A DNA stretch of 64,000 nucleotides from an uncultured Candidatus Rokubacteria bacterium (GCA_963708025.1 CAVPSB010000021.1:1-64000); one strand, 5' to 3'. Counted from the first letter of the stretch, positions 41,215-51,900 are shown. A program made the numbers and translations. Notes: generated by a model from the letters alone, not told the origin.

Positions 41215-41354
41215 GGCTCGTCAAGACCTCATCGAGTGGGTCGAGTGCGCCTCCGGGACGCCGGACCGCCCTGGCGGCCACGGGATCCGTTCCGCCCGAC
41301 CCGGCCGGAGGTCCCCTCGGAGGGATGCGAGAAACCGTCGCCGTCCACGACCGA

Positions 41355-41852
41355 TCAGAACTCCAGGCTCTCCCGGATCGCCGCGATGCCCGCCTGGGCG
41401 CACCCGTCGTCCTGCGCGCCCCCGGGCGCGCCGGACACTCCGATCGCCCCGAGGAGCGAGCCGCCGGCCTCGATCATCATCCCGCCGCCGATCGCCACCA
41501 CACCGGGTCGGTGGCGAACGCCGCTCTGTGGCTTGCCCGCCTGCGTGAGATCGGCGAGCTCGCCGGTATTGGTCCGGAAGCTCACGGCCGTCCAGGCCTT
41601 CGCCACCGCGGTCTCCGGAGTGTGCGGGCCGGCGAATCGGTCGCGCAGCACGACCTGCACGACGCCCATGCGGTCCACGACGGCGACGGCCACCTGGTAG
41701 CCTTGATCGCGGCAGCGGCTCAACGCGGCCTGCGCGGCCTTGAGCGCGGTCTCCGGCGCCAGGAGCCGCACGGCAAAGGTCGCCTCCTCCGAAGAGACGG
41801 GGCCGGCGGCAAAGCTCAGGGACAGCACCATCGGGATGATCGTTCTGCGCAT
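41355..41852 (-). CDS. GlcG/HbpS family heme-binding protein (DUF336), secreted
   Basis: Signal peptide, VAVAVVDRMG, AKAWTAVSF and GAIGVSGAPGG...DDGCA. Confidence 0.9.
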   Translation of the reverse strand: MRRTIIPMVLSLSFAAGPVSSEEATFAVRLLAPETALKAAQAALSRCRDQGYQVAVAVVDRMGVVQVVLRDRFAGPHTPETAVAKAWTAVSFRTNTGELADLTQAGKPQSGVRHRPGVVAIGGGMMIEAGGSLLGAIGVSGAPGGAQDDGCAQAGIAAIRESLEF

Positions 41853-41952
41853 CGTGCTCGATCCTCCTGCGCCCCGTCGAGGCTACGGCCGAGGTTCCCT
41901 TGCGAGCCGCCGATCAGGAACGGTCGCCTGCGCTGCCGTGGGTGCGGTCGGC

Positions 41953-42411
41953 TCACCGCCGCCGCATGGCGCTCCAGGCCGGGAGGCCATTCTCATCGCG
42001 CAGGACCAGCACCTCGTCGCCCTTCTTGACCTCGGCAGCGATGATGGCTGGCTTCCCCGCGAGCGTGACCCGGGATCCCTTCACCTCCACCTTGTCCTTC
42101 GGCGCAAGCTTCATGTCCTGGTTCTCGAGATACCAACTCGGGCCGAGATGCACCGGGATCGTCTCCCTGTCCGTCTTGACGGTGAGGTGCACCCCCTGGG
42201 ACATGCCCTTCATCGGCGTGACGAGGTCAGCGCTGACGACCTCGCCGACGAGGGTCTCGACCGTCTTGGGGTCGTAAAGTCTCATGTACTGGCCCCCCGG
42301 CCCCCAGCCGCCGCTCCCGCGCCAGTGCGGACCGCGCTGCGCGAAGGACTCCGACATGGCCAGGACGCCGAGCACCGACAGAACCGAGATCGCGGCTATC
42401 AGCTTTCTCAT
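41953..42411 (-). CDS. Exported conserved hypothetical protein (OB-fold-like, VHLGP motif)
   Basis: Signal peptide, then YDPKTVETLVGEV, VHLGPSWYL and LRDENGLPAW. Confidence 0.75.
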   Translation of the reverse strand: MRKLIAAISVLSVLGVLAMSESFAQRGPHWRGSGGWGPGGQYMRLYDPKTVETLVGEVVSADLVTPMKGMSQGVHLTVKTDRETIPVHLGPSWYLENQDMKLAPKDKVEVKGSRVTLAGKPAIIAAEVKKGDEVLVLRDENGLPAWSAMRRR

Positions 42412-42506
42412 CACCCTTTTCCCCGTGTCCTCCCCCTGCCCTCGGCCGGTGGCCCGCCTGCGGGCAGGCCACAGCGATTCGCACCGCCCCGGAAAACCGA
42501 GATGCA

Positions 42507-42521
42507 GCAACGAGAGTGCCA
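42507..42521 (-). promoter_or_regulatory. sigma-54 (-24/-12) promoter
   Basis: Minus strand reads TGGCAC-TCTCG-TTGC, ~95 nt upstream of the 42411 start. Confidence 0.75.
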
Positions 42522-42809
42522 GGTGTGCACACCCGGGGAATCGACAATCCCGCGCGTGGTTGCGGAGAGCGGCCGCCGGGGAAGCGTGGGGCGCGGCAGG
42601 ACAGGTTGTGGCACCGTTGCCCCACTCGCGCCGCCGAGGTCCGCGCCCCTCGCCGGCGACGGAGCCCGATCGAGCGACGGAGCGACCGGGTGACTGGCAG
42701 CGGCAGGCCTCTTCCGTCAGGTGTGGATCCCTGGCATGGTCTTGCAGTGGAACTTCGTGCTGATGAAATCGGGGACCTTGTAGATGTCCCGGATGGTCCG
42801 CCCCGCCCG

Positions 42810-43799
42810 ATGACTGGGCCGGCTCGGCACGGGCAACTGCGTCCCCCGGAAGCCGGAGGAAGCTCGAAGCCACGACGGCGGGCACTGATCGGAGCGCTCG
42901 TCGTGACGCTGGTCGTGCACGGGGGCCTGGGTCTCGCCCAGGCTCTCTCGGCGTGGGTGACCGGGAGCGTCGGCATCGGAGCCAGCGCGCTGCATGTCCT
43001 CATGGGGAGCGTGGCCCATGTCTTCGCCCTGGCCGGGATCTGGCTGGGGACTCGTCCCCCCGATGCCACGCACCCGTACGGATACGGGCGCTACGAGCAC
43101 GTGGCGTCCATGGGCATCGGGATGCTCCTCCTGGCGGCCGTTGGCACGATCGTCATCACCTCGGTCGGGCACCTGGTCACGCCGATGCCCCTCTCGGCCC
43201 CGGGGATCGGCGCCGCCGTCATGGCCGCCTCGGCGGCTGCCAACGCGGGGCTCTACCTGTTTCTTCGTCGGCGGGCACGGACCCTGGGCAGTCAGGTGCT
43301 CGCGACGGAAGCGGTCCATGCGTGGGCCGACGGCCTTGCCGCCTTGGCCGTGATCGCGGGCATCGGGATCTCCCGGGCCGGCTTCCCTCGCCTGGATCCG
43401 GCCGTGGCCCTGGGCCTGGCCCTGCTCGTGGCGTGGCGAAGTTGGACCATCATCCAGGCCGCGACGGCCGTGCTGACGGACGCGGCCATGGTCGATCTCG
43501 ACGCGATCCGGCGCGCCGCGGCGGACGTCGCGGGGGTCCTCGACTGTCACGCGGTCCGCTGTCGCGGGGAAGCCGGCCGGGTCCGGGTTGACCTGCATAT
43601 CCACGTGGTGCCCGAGCTCACCGTGGCTCGCGCCCACGAGATCGCCCGAGCGGTCGAGGAACGCCTCAGGGCCGAGGTCGAAGGTGTCAGCGAGGTGCTG
43701 GTGCACGTGGGGGCGGGGCGCGGCGGTCAGGGGTCAGTGGTGTCGTCCGGGCCACCGGAGGTCGCACCACCCGGACCGCCTGACCGTCCGAACGCCTGA
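42810..43799 (+). CDS. Cation diffusion facilitator family transporter (FieF-like); start approximate
   Basis: PPDATHPYGYGRYE, EAVHAWAD, C-terminal DLHIHV...AHEIA...VLVHV and about 6 TM segments. Confidence 0.88.
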   Translation: MTGPARHGQLRPPEAGGSSKPRRRALIGALVVTLVVHGGLGLAQALSAWVTGSVGIGASALHVLMGSVAHVFALAGIWLGTRPPDATHPYGYGRYEHVASMGIGMLLLAAVGTIVITSVGHLVTPMPLSAPGIGAAVMAASAAANAGLYLFLRRRARTLGSQVLATEAVHAWADGLAALAVIAGIGISRAGFPRLDPAVALGLALLVAWRSWTIIQAATAVLTDAAMVDLDAIRRAAADVAGVLDCHAVRCRGEAGRVRVDLHIHVVPELTVARAHEIARAVEERLRAEVEGVSEVLVHVGAGRGGQGSVVSSGPPEVAPPGPPDRPNA

Positions 43800-44004
43800 C
43801 CGTCCCGAGGAGTGGGCCCGCGGCTTCACGGTTCCGGCCCGACCGGTGACGAACCGCCGCGCGGGCCCCGCGAGGCCTTGCCCCCGCGGCCGGGGGAGCC
43901 CGTGGCCGCGGCGAACCGCCAACAGGCCGCCCGGAGGTCGATGACGCCGACCGGTCCGTGGGGGCCGATCACCGGCCGGACGGCCGCGAGACGTGGAGGG
44001 GTGG

Positions 44005-45249
<1,245 letters not shown>

Positions 45250-45342
45250 GCAGGCCGCGCCGACGAGAATCGATCGAAACCCGCGGACGCCGTGAGGCAC
45301 CCGCGCCATCTTGCTGCCGCGTGATCGTCCCGGGCCGCCGGG

Positions 45343-45687
45343 GACGTCGCGGTCTTCGTCGCCACGCTGGAGTTCCTCGAGCGGCCCGGCGAGGCCCTCG
45401 GCGAAGCGGTCCGCGTCGCCCGGCGCGGCGTCGTCCTGGTCGTCCTGAACCGCTGGAGCCGCGGGGGCCTCTCGCGGCGGTGGGAGCCGCAGGCGCGGCG
45501 CCCGCTCCACGGCACGGCCCGCGACTATGCGTGCCCGCCGACCAGGCTCTCGGCAGCGGCCGGCGGGCAGCTCGAGCGTCTCCGCTGGACGAGCGCGCTC
45601 TTCCCGGACGGCCTCTGGCACGCACGCGCGCCCGTGCCGCTCGGGGACGTGCTCGGCGTGGTCGGCGTGCTACGATCCGGGGCGTGA
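45343..45687 (+). pseudogene. C-terminal remnant of a class I SAM methyltransferase
   Basis: The frame reads DVAVFVATLEFLERPGEALGEAVRVARRGVVLVVLNRWS..., but has no start codon and no GxGxG motif I. Confidence 0.6.
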
Positions 45688-45751
45688 TGCGCCACCCACC
45701 CCGAGCCGCCCCGCCACACCGAAGGCCCGCGCCGGCGACCCGGCCGGGCGC

Positions 45752-46389
45752 ATGCTCGTGAGGGCCGCGCTCCTCGCGGGCTGCTGTGGGCCATCTCGGC
45801 GGGGCTGGCCGCCGGCGAGGACGGCCGGCCCAGGGTGGCCGCGACGATCTTCCCCCTCTACGACATCGCCCGCCACGTCGCCGGGCCAGTCGTGGACGTC
45901 CTCCTGATCCTCCCACCCGGCGCGAGCCCCCACACGTTCGAGCCCACCCCGTCCCGGGTGCGGGCCCTCGCCGGCGCCCAGGCCGTCTTCGTGATCGGCC
46001 ACGGCCTCGTCTTCGCCGTGTTCGACGCCGACGGGGCGCAGGTCGCGGGGATTCGGGTCGGCCGGCTCCTGACCCTCTTCCACGTCCTGCTGGCGCTCGC
46101 GGTGATCGCCAGCATCAGCACGGTCGGCATCGTGCTGGCCAACCCGCTGCTCGTGATCCCGGCCGCCACGGCCAAGCTCCTGGCGCGCTCGCTCGCCCAG
46201 ATGTTCTGGCTCGCGCCCCTCGTCGGGATCGTGAGCGTCGTCGCGGGGCTCGCCGCGGCGTACAGGCTGGACCTGCCGTCCGGCCCGGCGATCGTCGTGG
46301 TGGCGGGGCTGACCTTCCTGACCGCGTGGACCGCCGGAACGCGGCGCCGTCGGCGGACGAGCCGACCGCCCGGACCAGGGTCGCCCTAG
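45752..46389 (+). pseudogene. Chimeric remnant of a Zn/Mn ABC transporter operon: ZnuA 5' end fused to ZnuB 3' end
   Basis: VAATIFPLYD...PPGASPHTFEPTP...VIGHGL (substrate-binding protein) joins directly to VFAVFD...VGIVL...LVIPAATA...DLPSGPAIV (permease). The signal peptide is frameshifted at ~45780. Confidence 0.8.
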
Positions 46390-47058
46390 TGCCCGTGTCC
46401 AGGCATCGCCTCGCCCCGCGCCATGGCGAGGTGATGCGGCTGGTGGTGAGCGCCGAGCGTCAGGAGGCCGATGAACCCGAGCCCCCGCACGCGCGCCACG
46501 GCTCTCGCGTCCCCGGCATCCCGCGCGGTGACGGTGAGCCGCACGCCGCCCGGGATCGACTCGGCCTTGGCCGCGAGTCCTGGCATCCGGTCGAGTTCCC
46601 CGGCGTGCGGGACGACCATGGCGCGGATGGCTCGCTCGGTCCGGCCGGCGCCGGTCACGTCCATCGCGAGGCCGCCCGGAACGGCGCTCGCCGTCACCTC
46701 GGCCCGCAGCATCGACCTCGTCCATGTCGATCAAGTGCTGACGGAGCCGCTCGAGATCCACCCGACTCCAGTCGGTCTGCGGATCCGCGTCCAAGAGCCG
46801 GACGATCTCGGCGATGGCGCCGAACGCGGCCTGGCCCGGCGACACCGGCACGCCGGCGGCCGCCGGGGCCCCGCCCGACGGCGCGGAGCCGTGCATCGGT
46901 CCATGCGGCATCTGGCCGTGGGGCATCATGCCGGGGCCCATCGAGCCTGGTGCCGTACCACCGCCGGGTGACGCCGGCTGCTGGGCTCGAACGCCGCCGG
47001 CCACGAGCGCCCCGCCGAGAACGACGGCGGCGAGTCCGACCGCGAATCGTGTCTTCAT
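46386..47058 (-). CDS. Exported His/Met-rich conserved hypothetical protein, frameshift at ~46713
   Basis: Signal peptide, MMPHGQMPHGPMH, GQAAFGAIAEIV...LRQHLIDMDEV. Continues in another frame to GAHHQPHHLAMARG. Confidence 0.7.
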
Positions 47059-47325
47059 CGTGCCCTCCTGTCGCGTGTGAGCGCAGATCCAATATGGGGC
47101 ACGCCCGTGGTCGGGGCCAGGGGATCTTGAACGGTGTGGCCCGCGCCGTCACCGCGCGGTGACCCGGCCCGGGAGTCGACCCACGAGCCGGCCACCGCGC
47201 CGGATGTCATTCACCTGGACGAGGCGATGTCCCTCTCGGAGACCGTTGCCGTCCAAGGGACCGATTCGCTGACGTCGGCCTGCACGGGACAGGTCCCCCT
47301 CGGGCACTTTGGCGGCAACATCGCG

Positions 47326-48846
47326 TCAGTGTCCGCTGGTGCTCGCGCCGCCCTCGGGCCCGTAGAAGATCTCCGGATTCTCCGGCCCTTCCACCAGGAG
47401 AAAGCCGGCCAGGCCGCGCTCGAGCCGCGAGAGGGAGTGATCCACGAGGATGTACCGGCCCGGCACCTCGAGCTTGAACTCCACGATCGCCGCGCCGCCG
47501 GCGGGTACCATCGTCGTCTGGACGTTCGTCGCGACGGGGGAGCCCAGCGCGGCCTGGTCGTAGACCCGGTCGAAGATCTCGCCGATGACGTGGAACGACG
47601 AGGTCACGTTCGGGCCGCCCACGCCGAAGAAGATGCGCACGGTCTCGCCGACCTTCGCCTTCAGCGGATGCTCGGCCGTCAGCGCGCCCACCGCTCCGTT
47701 GAACACCAGGTACTCCGGCCGCTCGGAGAGCAGCTTCTCGACGCTGAACTCGTCGTGCCCGCGCTGCCCGAAGGGCCGGTCCGTGTACAGCTCGCCCTGC
47801 ATGACGTAGAACTCGTGGTCGACCGGCGGCAGCCCGCCGGGCGGCTCCACCAGGATGAGGCCGTACATGCCGCTGGAGATGTGGTTGGCCACCATCGGCG
47901 TGGCGCAGTGATACACGTAGAGCCCGGGGTTGAGCGCCTTGAACCGGAACGACTTCACCTGGCCGGGCGGCGTCTGGGTCATCACCGCCCCGCCGCCGGG
48001 CCCGGTCACCGCGTGGAGATCGACGGAGTGGATCATGCGGCTGCTCTCGGCGTTCTTGAACGCGAGCTCGACCGTGTCCCCCAGCCGCACCCGCAGGAAG
48101 GGCCCCGGCACCTTGCCGTTGAAGGTCCAGTAGTTGTACGTCGTCTCGTTGGCCAGCTTGCCCACGAGCTCCACCGCCTCCAGCTCGACGCTCACGGTGT
48201 GGGGGGGGCCCGGCGAGAGCGGCCCCGGCAGGTCGGCCGGCGCCCGGACGATGCTCACCGACGGGGGCAGCGCGGCGACCGGCGCCACCACGCCGCCGAC
48301 GACGATCTTCCCTTCCATGCCCGCCTGGCGGTGCCCCGGCAGCGAGCAGAAGTACGCGCGCTCGCCGGGCGGGCTGGCGCGGAAGACGGTCACGCTGCTC
48401 GCGCCCTTGCGGATGACATGGTCGGTGGCGGCCTGGAAGTCGGGAAACGCGACGTCGTGCTCGATGCCGTCGTTGTTCACGAGGGTGACCTGGACGATGT
48501 CCCCGTCGGCCACCCGCAGCGTGGGATTGATGACGCCCTCGATGCCCCCGCCGACTCCGACGAAGGCCATCTTGCCGCCCGCCAGCTCGGTGCGGAGCGT
48601 GAAGCGCACGTTCGGGGTGTATTCGGCCGCCGGGCTGCTCTTGGAGAGCTTCGGCGCGGCCGGCGTGGCGGCCGGCGCGGGCCGTGGCGGCGGGGCCGTC
48701 CGGCCCTGGGCGAGCCGGTGCTGATGGGCCGGGGCGGGCCCATCGGCCGCGAGCGCGCGGGATCCCGCGATCGCGGCCAGCGGGATGGCGAGCAGGGCGA
48801 CGAGCCCGGTGACGGCGGTGAGACGGTTCGAACGGGTCCGTGTCAT
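47326..48846 (-). CDS. nirK: Copper-containing nitrite reductase with an extra N-terminal cupredoxin domain
   Basis: WTFNGKVPGP, HSVDLH, YHCATPMVANHISSGM, SSFHVIGEIFD and LVDHSL. Extra type-1 Cu site HDV...YFCSLPGHRQAGM. Confidence 0.95.
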   Translation of the reverse strand: MTRTRSNRLTAVTGLVALLAIPLAAIAGSRALAADGPAPAHQHRLAQGRTAPPPRPAPAATPAAPKLSKSSPAAEYTPNVRFTLRTELAGGKMAFVGVGGGIEGVINPTLRVADGDIVQVTLVNNDGIEHDVAFPDFQAATDHVIRKGASSVTVFRASPPGERAYFCSLPGHRQAGMEGKIVVGGVVAPVAALPPSVSIVRAPADLPGPLSPGPPHTVSVELEAVELVGKLANETTYNYWTFNGKVPGPFLRVRLGDTVELAFKNAESSRMIHSVDLHAVTGPGGGAVMTQTPPGQVKSFRFKALNPGLYVYHCATPMVANHISSGMYGLILVEPPGGLPPVDHEFYVMQGELYTDRPFGQRGHDEFSVEKLLSERPEYLVFNGAVGALTAEHPLKAKVGETVRIFFGVGGPNVTSSFHVIGEIFDRVYDQAALGSPVATNVQTTMVPAGGAAIVEFKLEVPGRYILVDHSLSRLERGLAGFLLVEGPENPEIFYGPEGGASTSGH

Positions 48847-48896
48847 GGCATCGTACCTCCTGGGTAGACGATCGCCCGACTCGGACCCCCGCCGTT

Positions 48897-48910
48897 ATGA
48901 GCTGGATCAG
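48897..48910. promoter_or_regulatory. Possible Crp/Fnr-family box upstream of nirK
   Basis: ATGAG-CTGG-ATCAG matches TTGAT-N4-ATCAA at 7 of 10 positions and is centred ~58 nt upstream of the nirK ATG. Confidence 0.35.
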
Positions 48911-48966
48911 GTCTCCCGGGCGGCTCCGCCAGGCGAAGGCGGCGGCCAGTGCCGGGGCCGGGCCGA

Positions 48967-49608
48967 TCAGCGGGGCTCCGCCATCCCCCCGGGTGAGGAG
49001 CCACTCCCCGGCCGGCCGGCCCCGATGCGGTCCGGCGTCCACGGCGGGTCGAAGGTCACCGTCACCTCGACCCCTTCGACACCGGGGATCCCGAGGACCG
49101 CCTGTCGGACCCAGTCCGCCATGACGGCGTGGAGGGGGCAGCCCGGCGCGGTCAGCGTCATCGTGACCCGGACCGCCGCGCCGTCGATCGCGACGCCGTA
49201 GATCAGACCCAGCTCGACAACCGAGAGGCCAACCTCCGGATCGACCACCGTCCGGAGCGCGTCGGTGATCCGGTCGGGCGTGAGGCCGACGGCCGCGTCC
49301 GAGCCACCGGCGATCGCCGCTCCGGGACCGGTGATGGGCGGCCGGTACGCGCAGCCGGGGTCCTCGGCCAGCGGGTCACCGGTCGCCGCGTAGGCGCGGG
49401 CCCGGCTGCCCCCGCACCGGTTCCGGTACTCGCAGCGCCCGCACCGGCCGCCGAGCCGGGAGGGGTCGCGGAGCGCGCGGAACAGGGGATCGTCGCGGTA
49501 CACCGCCACCAGGTCGCGCTCCCGCACGTTCCCTACCGGGATCGGCAGGAACCCGCTCGGGCAGATGTAGCAGATGACGATGAAGGGCGCGCGCTCGAAC
49601 GGCGTCAT
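48967..49608 (-). pseudogene. Radical SAM/SPASM gene with the catalytic core deleted, continuing in frame into a DUF59 (SufT/PaaD-like) domain
   Basis: MTPFERAPFIVI joins directly to the SPASM tail PSGFLP...CGRCEYRNRCGGSRARAYA...DPGC, with no CxxxCxxC motif. It is followed by VVDPEVGLSVVELGLIY...TAPGCP...FDPPWTP. Confidence 0.75.
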
Positions 49609-50915
49609 CGCGGGTCCGCCGGAAGGGCAGCCGGCACGGGATGGCCGGCCGCGCCGGGCAGAAGGTGGGAGAGAGTCCGCCCGAGGGCGGCGGCGAACGC
49701 GAGGGCGCCGGCGGCGACGGCAACCCCGGCCGCCGAGATGGCCGGGCGCGCGCCGGCCGCGACGGCGAGCGCGAGGGCGAGCGTGCCGCCGGTCAGGAGG
49801 GCATGGGCGAGGCGCTCGGCGCCCGGCCAGGAAAGCTGGGCAAGCGTCGGCACCGACTCGCGTCCCGCGCGGGAGGCGTAGACACGGTACCAGACCAGGA
49901 ACGGCACGATCTTCAGCATCATGCCGGCGATCGTGAGCGAGACCCAGCCGCCGAGCGTCACCACGGCGTAGGCCAGCGCCAGACGAGGCCCCGCCGCCAG
50001 GCCGGATGCGAGCGCCAGGCCCACCCCGATGGCCGGCACGAGGCAGGCGGTCCCCGTCAGCACGAAGCGGAGCCCCCAGTCGAGGGCCGGCCGCTTCCGG
50101 CGCCGAACGAAGCCGACCACCCACGCGGCATGGATCCCCAGCGCCGCCGCCACCGCCGCTCCCCCGAGCGCCACGAGGGTGGCGCGTCCGAGAAGGAGTC
50201 CCACCACCACCGCCGGCACCCCGAGCCCGAGCCCCCAGAGCTGGATGGCCCCGCCCCGGCCCCGCGGCTCCGGCGCGAGCAGGAACATCGGATAGACCCG
50301 CGCCGCCACGCCCACGATCATCGGCGCGATCCAGCCGAGGAGCGCCAGGTGGAAGTGGGCGGGCACTGCCGCGAGGACGCCGCCCGGAACGAGGTCGCGG
50401 CCATGAGTGAGGGCCAGCGCGAACCCGAACGCCAGCGTGAGCGTCAGCCCGCCGAGCGCCAAAGCGAGGCCGCGCGCGGTGAAGGTCCAGCGGGCGAGCC
50501 CTCGCAGGCTCACCATCACGTTGACCACGTGACTCAGGGCACCGGCCCCCACCAGGGCGGCCGCCCACGCGAGGCCGGCCCAGCGTCCGATCCAGAAGTG
50601 GCCGACCATCCCGAGGATCCCCGCGATGAGCCCCGCGAGCTGCCAGCGGGCGAGGCGCTCGCTCCAGAGCGGTCGCTCGATCGCCACCGGGATCAGCTGG
50701 TACGTCGCCCCCAGGATCGCGAGCATGATCCAGCCCAGCGCCACGACGTGGGCGAGCGCCAGGAGACGCGGGTGGTAGTAGTGGCCGGCCAGCTCGTCCC
50801 CGAGCCACGGGAGCGCGAGGGCCGCGAGGACGAACGCGCTCGCCGACGCCGTCAGGTAGGCGAGCGGCAGTGACACCGACGGGGCCCGGCCCGGCTCTGG
50901 CCGAGATGGCCTCAC
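49605..50915 (-). CDS. Polytopic membrane protein of DUF2249-associated clusters
   Basis: About 12 TM segments with repeated His-containing helices (AHVVALGW, AHFHLALLGW) and KIVPFLVW. GTGA/ATGA overlaps with both neighbours. Confidence 0.75.
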   Translation of the reverse strand: MRPSRPEPGRAPSVSLPLAYLTASASAFVLAALALPWLGDELAGHYYHPRLLALAHVVALGWIMLAILGATYQLIPVAIERPLWSERLARWQLAGLIAGILGMVGHFWIGRWAGLAWAAALVGAGALSHVVNVMVSLRGLARWTFTARGLALALGGLTLTLAFGFALALTHGRDLVPGGVLAAVPAHFHLALLGWIAPMIVGVAARVYPMFLLAPEPRGRGGAIQLWGLGLGVPAVVVGLLLGRATLVALGGAAVAAALGIHAAWVVGFVRRRKRPALDWGLRFVLTGTACLVPAIGVGLALASGLAAGPRLALAYAVVTLGGWVSLTIAGMMLKIVPFLVWYRVYASRAGRESVPTLAQLSWPGAERLAHALLTGGTLALALAVAAGARPAISAAGVAVAAGALAFAAALGRTLSHLLPGAAGHPVPAALPADPR

Positions 50916-51496
50916 GCCGACGGGCCCTCCCGCGAGATCGCGATCCTGACCAGCCCGGGCTCGGGCTCGTCGGTGACATGGCGGAGGCCGCGCGCCTCGA
51001 GCTGCGGGTAGAGGAAGAGCGGCCGCCGGTCGTGCAAGACCTCGAGCCGCTGGCCGGGGGCGAGCGCCTCGGCCGCCTCGAGGACGCGGACCAGCGGCAG
51101 CGGCGGCTCGAGGCCGCGCACGTCCAGGCGGACGGGGCTGGCGGGCGGCGTCGGCGTCCCCGCCGGCGACGCGGACGTCGCGGCCGGCCGTGTGGCGGGT
51201 GTGGCGGACGCCGGGCTGGCCGCCGCGTCCGGCCGGGCCGGGTCCCGGTAGAACCAGACCGTCCAGTCGTCCGCCGCGTGCCGCTCGGCGAAGTGCTGGA
51301 AGCCCCGCCGGGAGACGACACGGTAGAGCGGGACCGGCTCGAAGGGCGCCTTCAGGACCAGCACCCCGTCCGGACCGAGCCCGTCCACCGCCGCCATGAT
51401 CCGCGCGAACGGCTCGCGCCCGCCGCGGATGTCCTCCCGGACGTCGAGGTGGACGCGCCCGGACTCGGGCAGCCGGTCGAGGACGGCGGGTCTCAT
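50912..51496 (-). CDS. Tandem DUF2249 (TusA/SirA-like fold) protein
   Basis: Two repeats: LDVREDIRGGREPF...APFEPVPLY and LDVRGLEPPLPL...HDRRPLFLYPQL. Confidence 0.82.
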   Translation of the reverse strand: MRPAVLDRLPESGRVHLDVREDIRGGREPFARIMAAVDGLGPDGVLVLKAPFEPVPLYRVVSRRGFQHFAERHAADDWTVWFYRDPARPDAAASPASATPATRPAATSASPAGTPTPPASPVRLDVRGLEPPLPLVRVLEAAEALAPGQRLEVLHDRRPLFLYPQLEARGLRHVTDEPEPGLVRIAISREGPSA

Positions 51497-51759
51497 GGAG
51501 ACTTCTCGCCATTGCCCTCGCCGAGCGCCTGCAGCACCGTCTCCACCGGCACGCCGGCGGACGCGGCCGCCTGCGCCAGCGTCAGGCTCCCGCCGCAGCA
51601 CGTGTCGATGCCGAGGTTCCGCAGGGTCGCCAGCGCCCGTGGCGACCGCCGCCCGATCGCCTCGACCGTCGTCTCCGGAGCGACGGCGACGTCGGTCGCG
51701 CAGGCCCCGCCGCCGGGAGCGGCCGGGTCATCGTGATGGCATCCGCATGGGTGGCTCAT
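51493..51759 (-). CDS. DUF542 (ScdA/Ric N-terminal domain) protein
   Basis: LGIDTCCGGSLTLAQAA motif, N-terminal HPCGCHH, and a GAGGAGG RBS. Confidence 0.8.
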   Translation of the reverse strand: MSHPCGCHHDDPAAPGGGACATDVAVAPETTVEAIGRRSPRALATLRNLGIDTCCGGSLTLAQAAASAGVPVETVLQALGEGNGEKSP

Positions 51760-51807
51760 CGCCGGTTTCCTCCTCGAGGTCCAGGCTACGGCCTTCCGGC
51801 GCGGCCC

Positions 51808-51827
51808 GCTATGACCCGTGTCATAGC
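51808..51827. promoter_or_regulatory. Crp/Fnr-like palindromic operator upstream of the DUF542 operon
   Basis: Perfect GCTATGAC-CCGT-GTCATAGC, centred ~58 nt upstream of the ATG. A TAGCCT -10-like hexamer lies at 51783-51788 on the minus strand. Confidence 0.55.
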
Positions 51828-51840
51828 CCGATCTCAGTTC

Positions 51841-51900
51841 GGGACCTCCCGCCCTCCCCCCCAACCCCCCTCCCCCACCCACCGGGGGGAGGGGGGAGTC
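51841..51900 (+). repeat. Dispersed C/G-run repeat element, copy 1 (partial copies at 51931-51957 and 52031-52049)
   Basis: GGGACCTCCCGCC...CCCCCTCCCCCACCCACCGGGGGGAGGGGGG is near-identical to the reverse complement of 58364-58417. Confidence 0.75.

Noticed and set aside
42609-42620. TGGCAC-CG-TTGC upstream of the CDF gene as a sigma-54 promoter
   Set aside because: The spacer is 2 nt instead of the required 5.
43777-43805. 13-bp direct repeat CGCCTGACCGTCC at the CDF 3' end
   Set aside because: Only two copies, 3 nt apart. It is neither CRISPR-like nor a recognisable target-site duplication.
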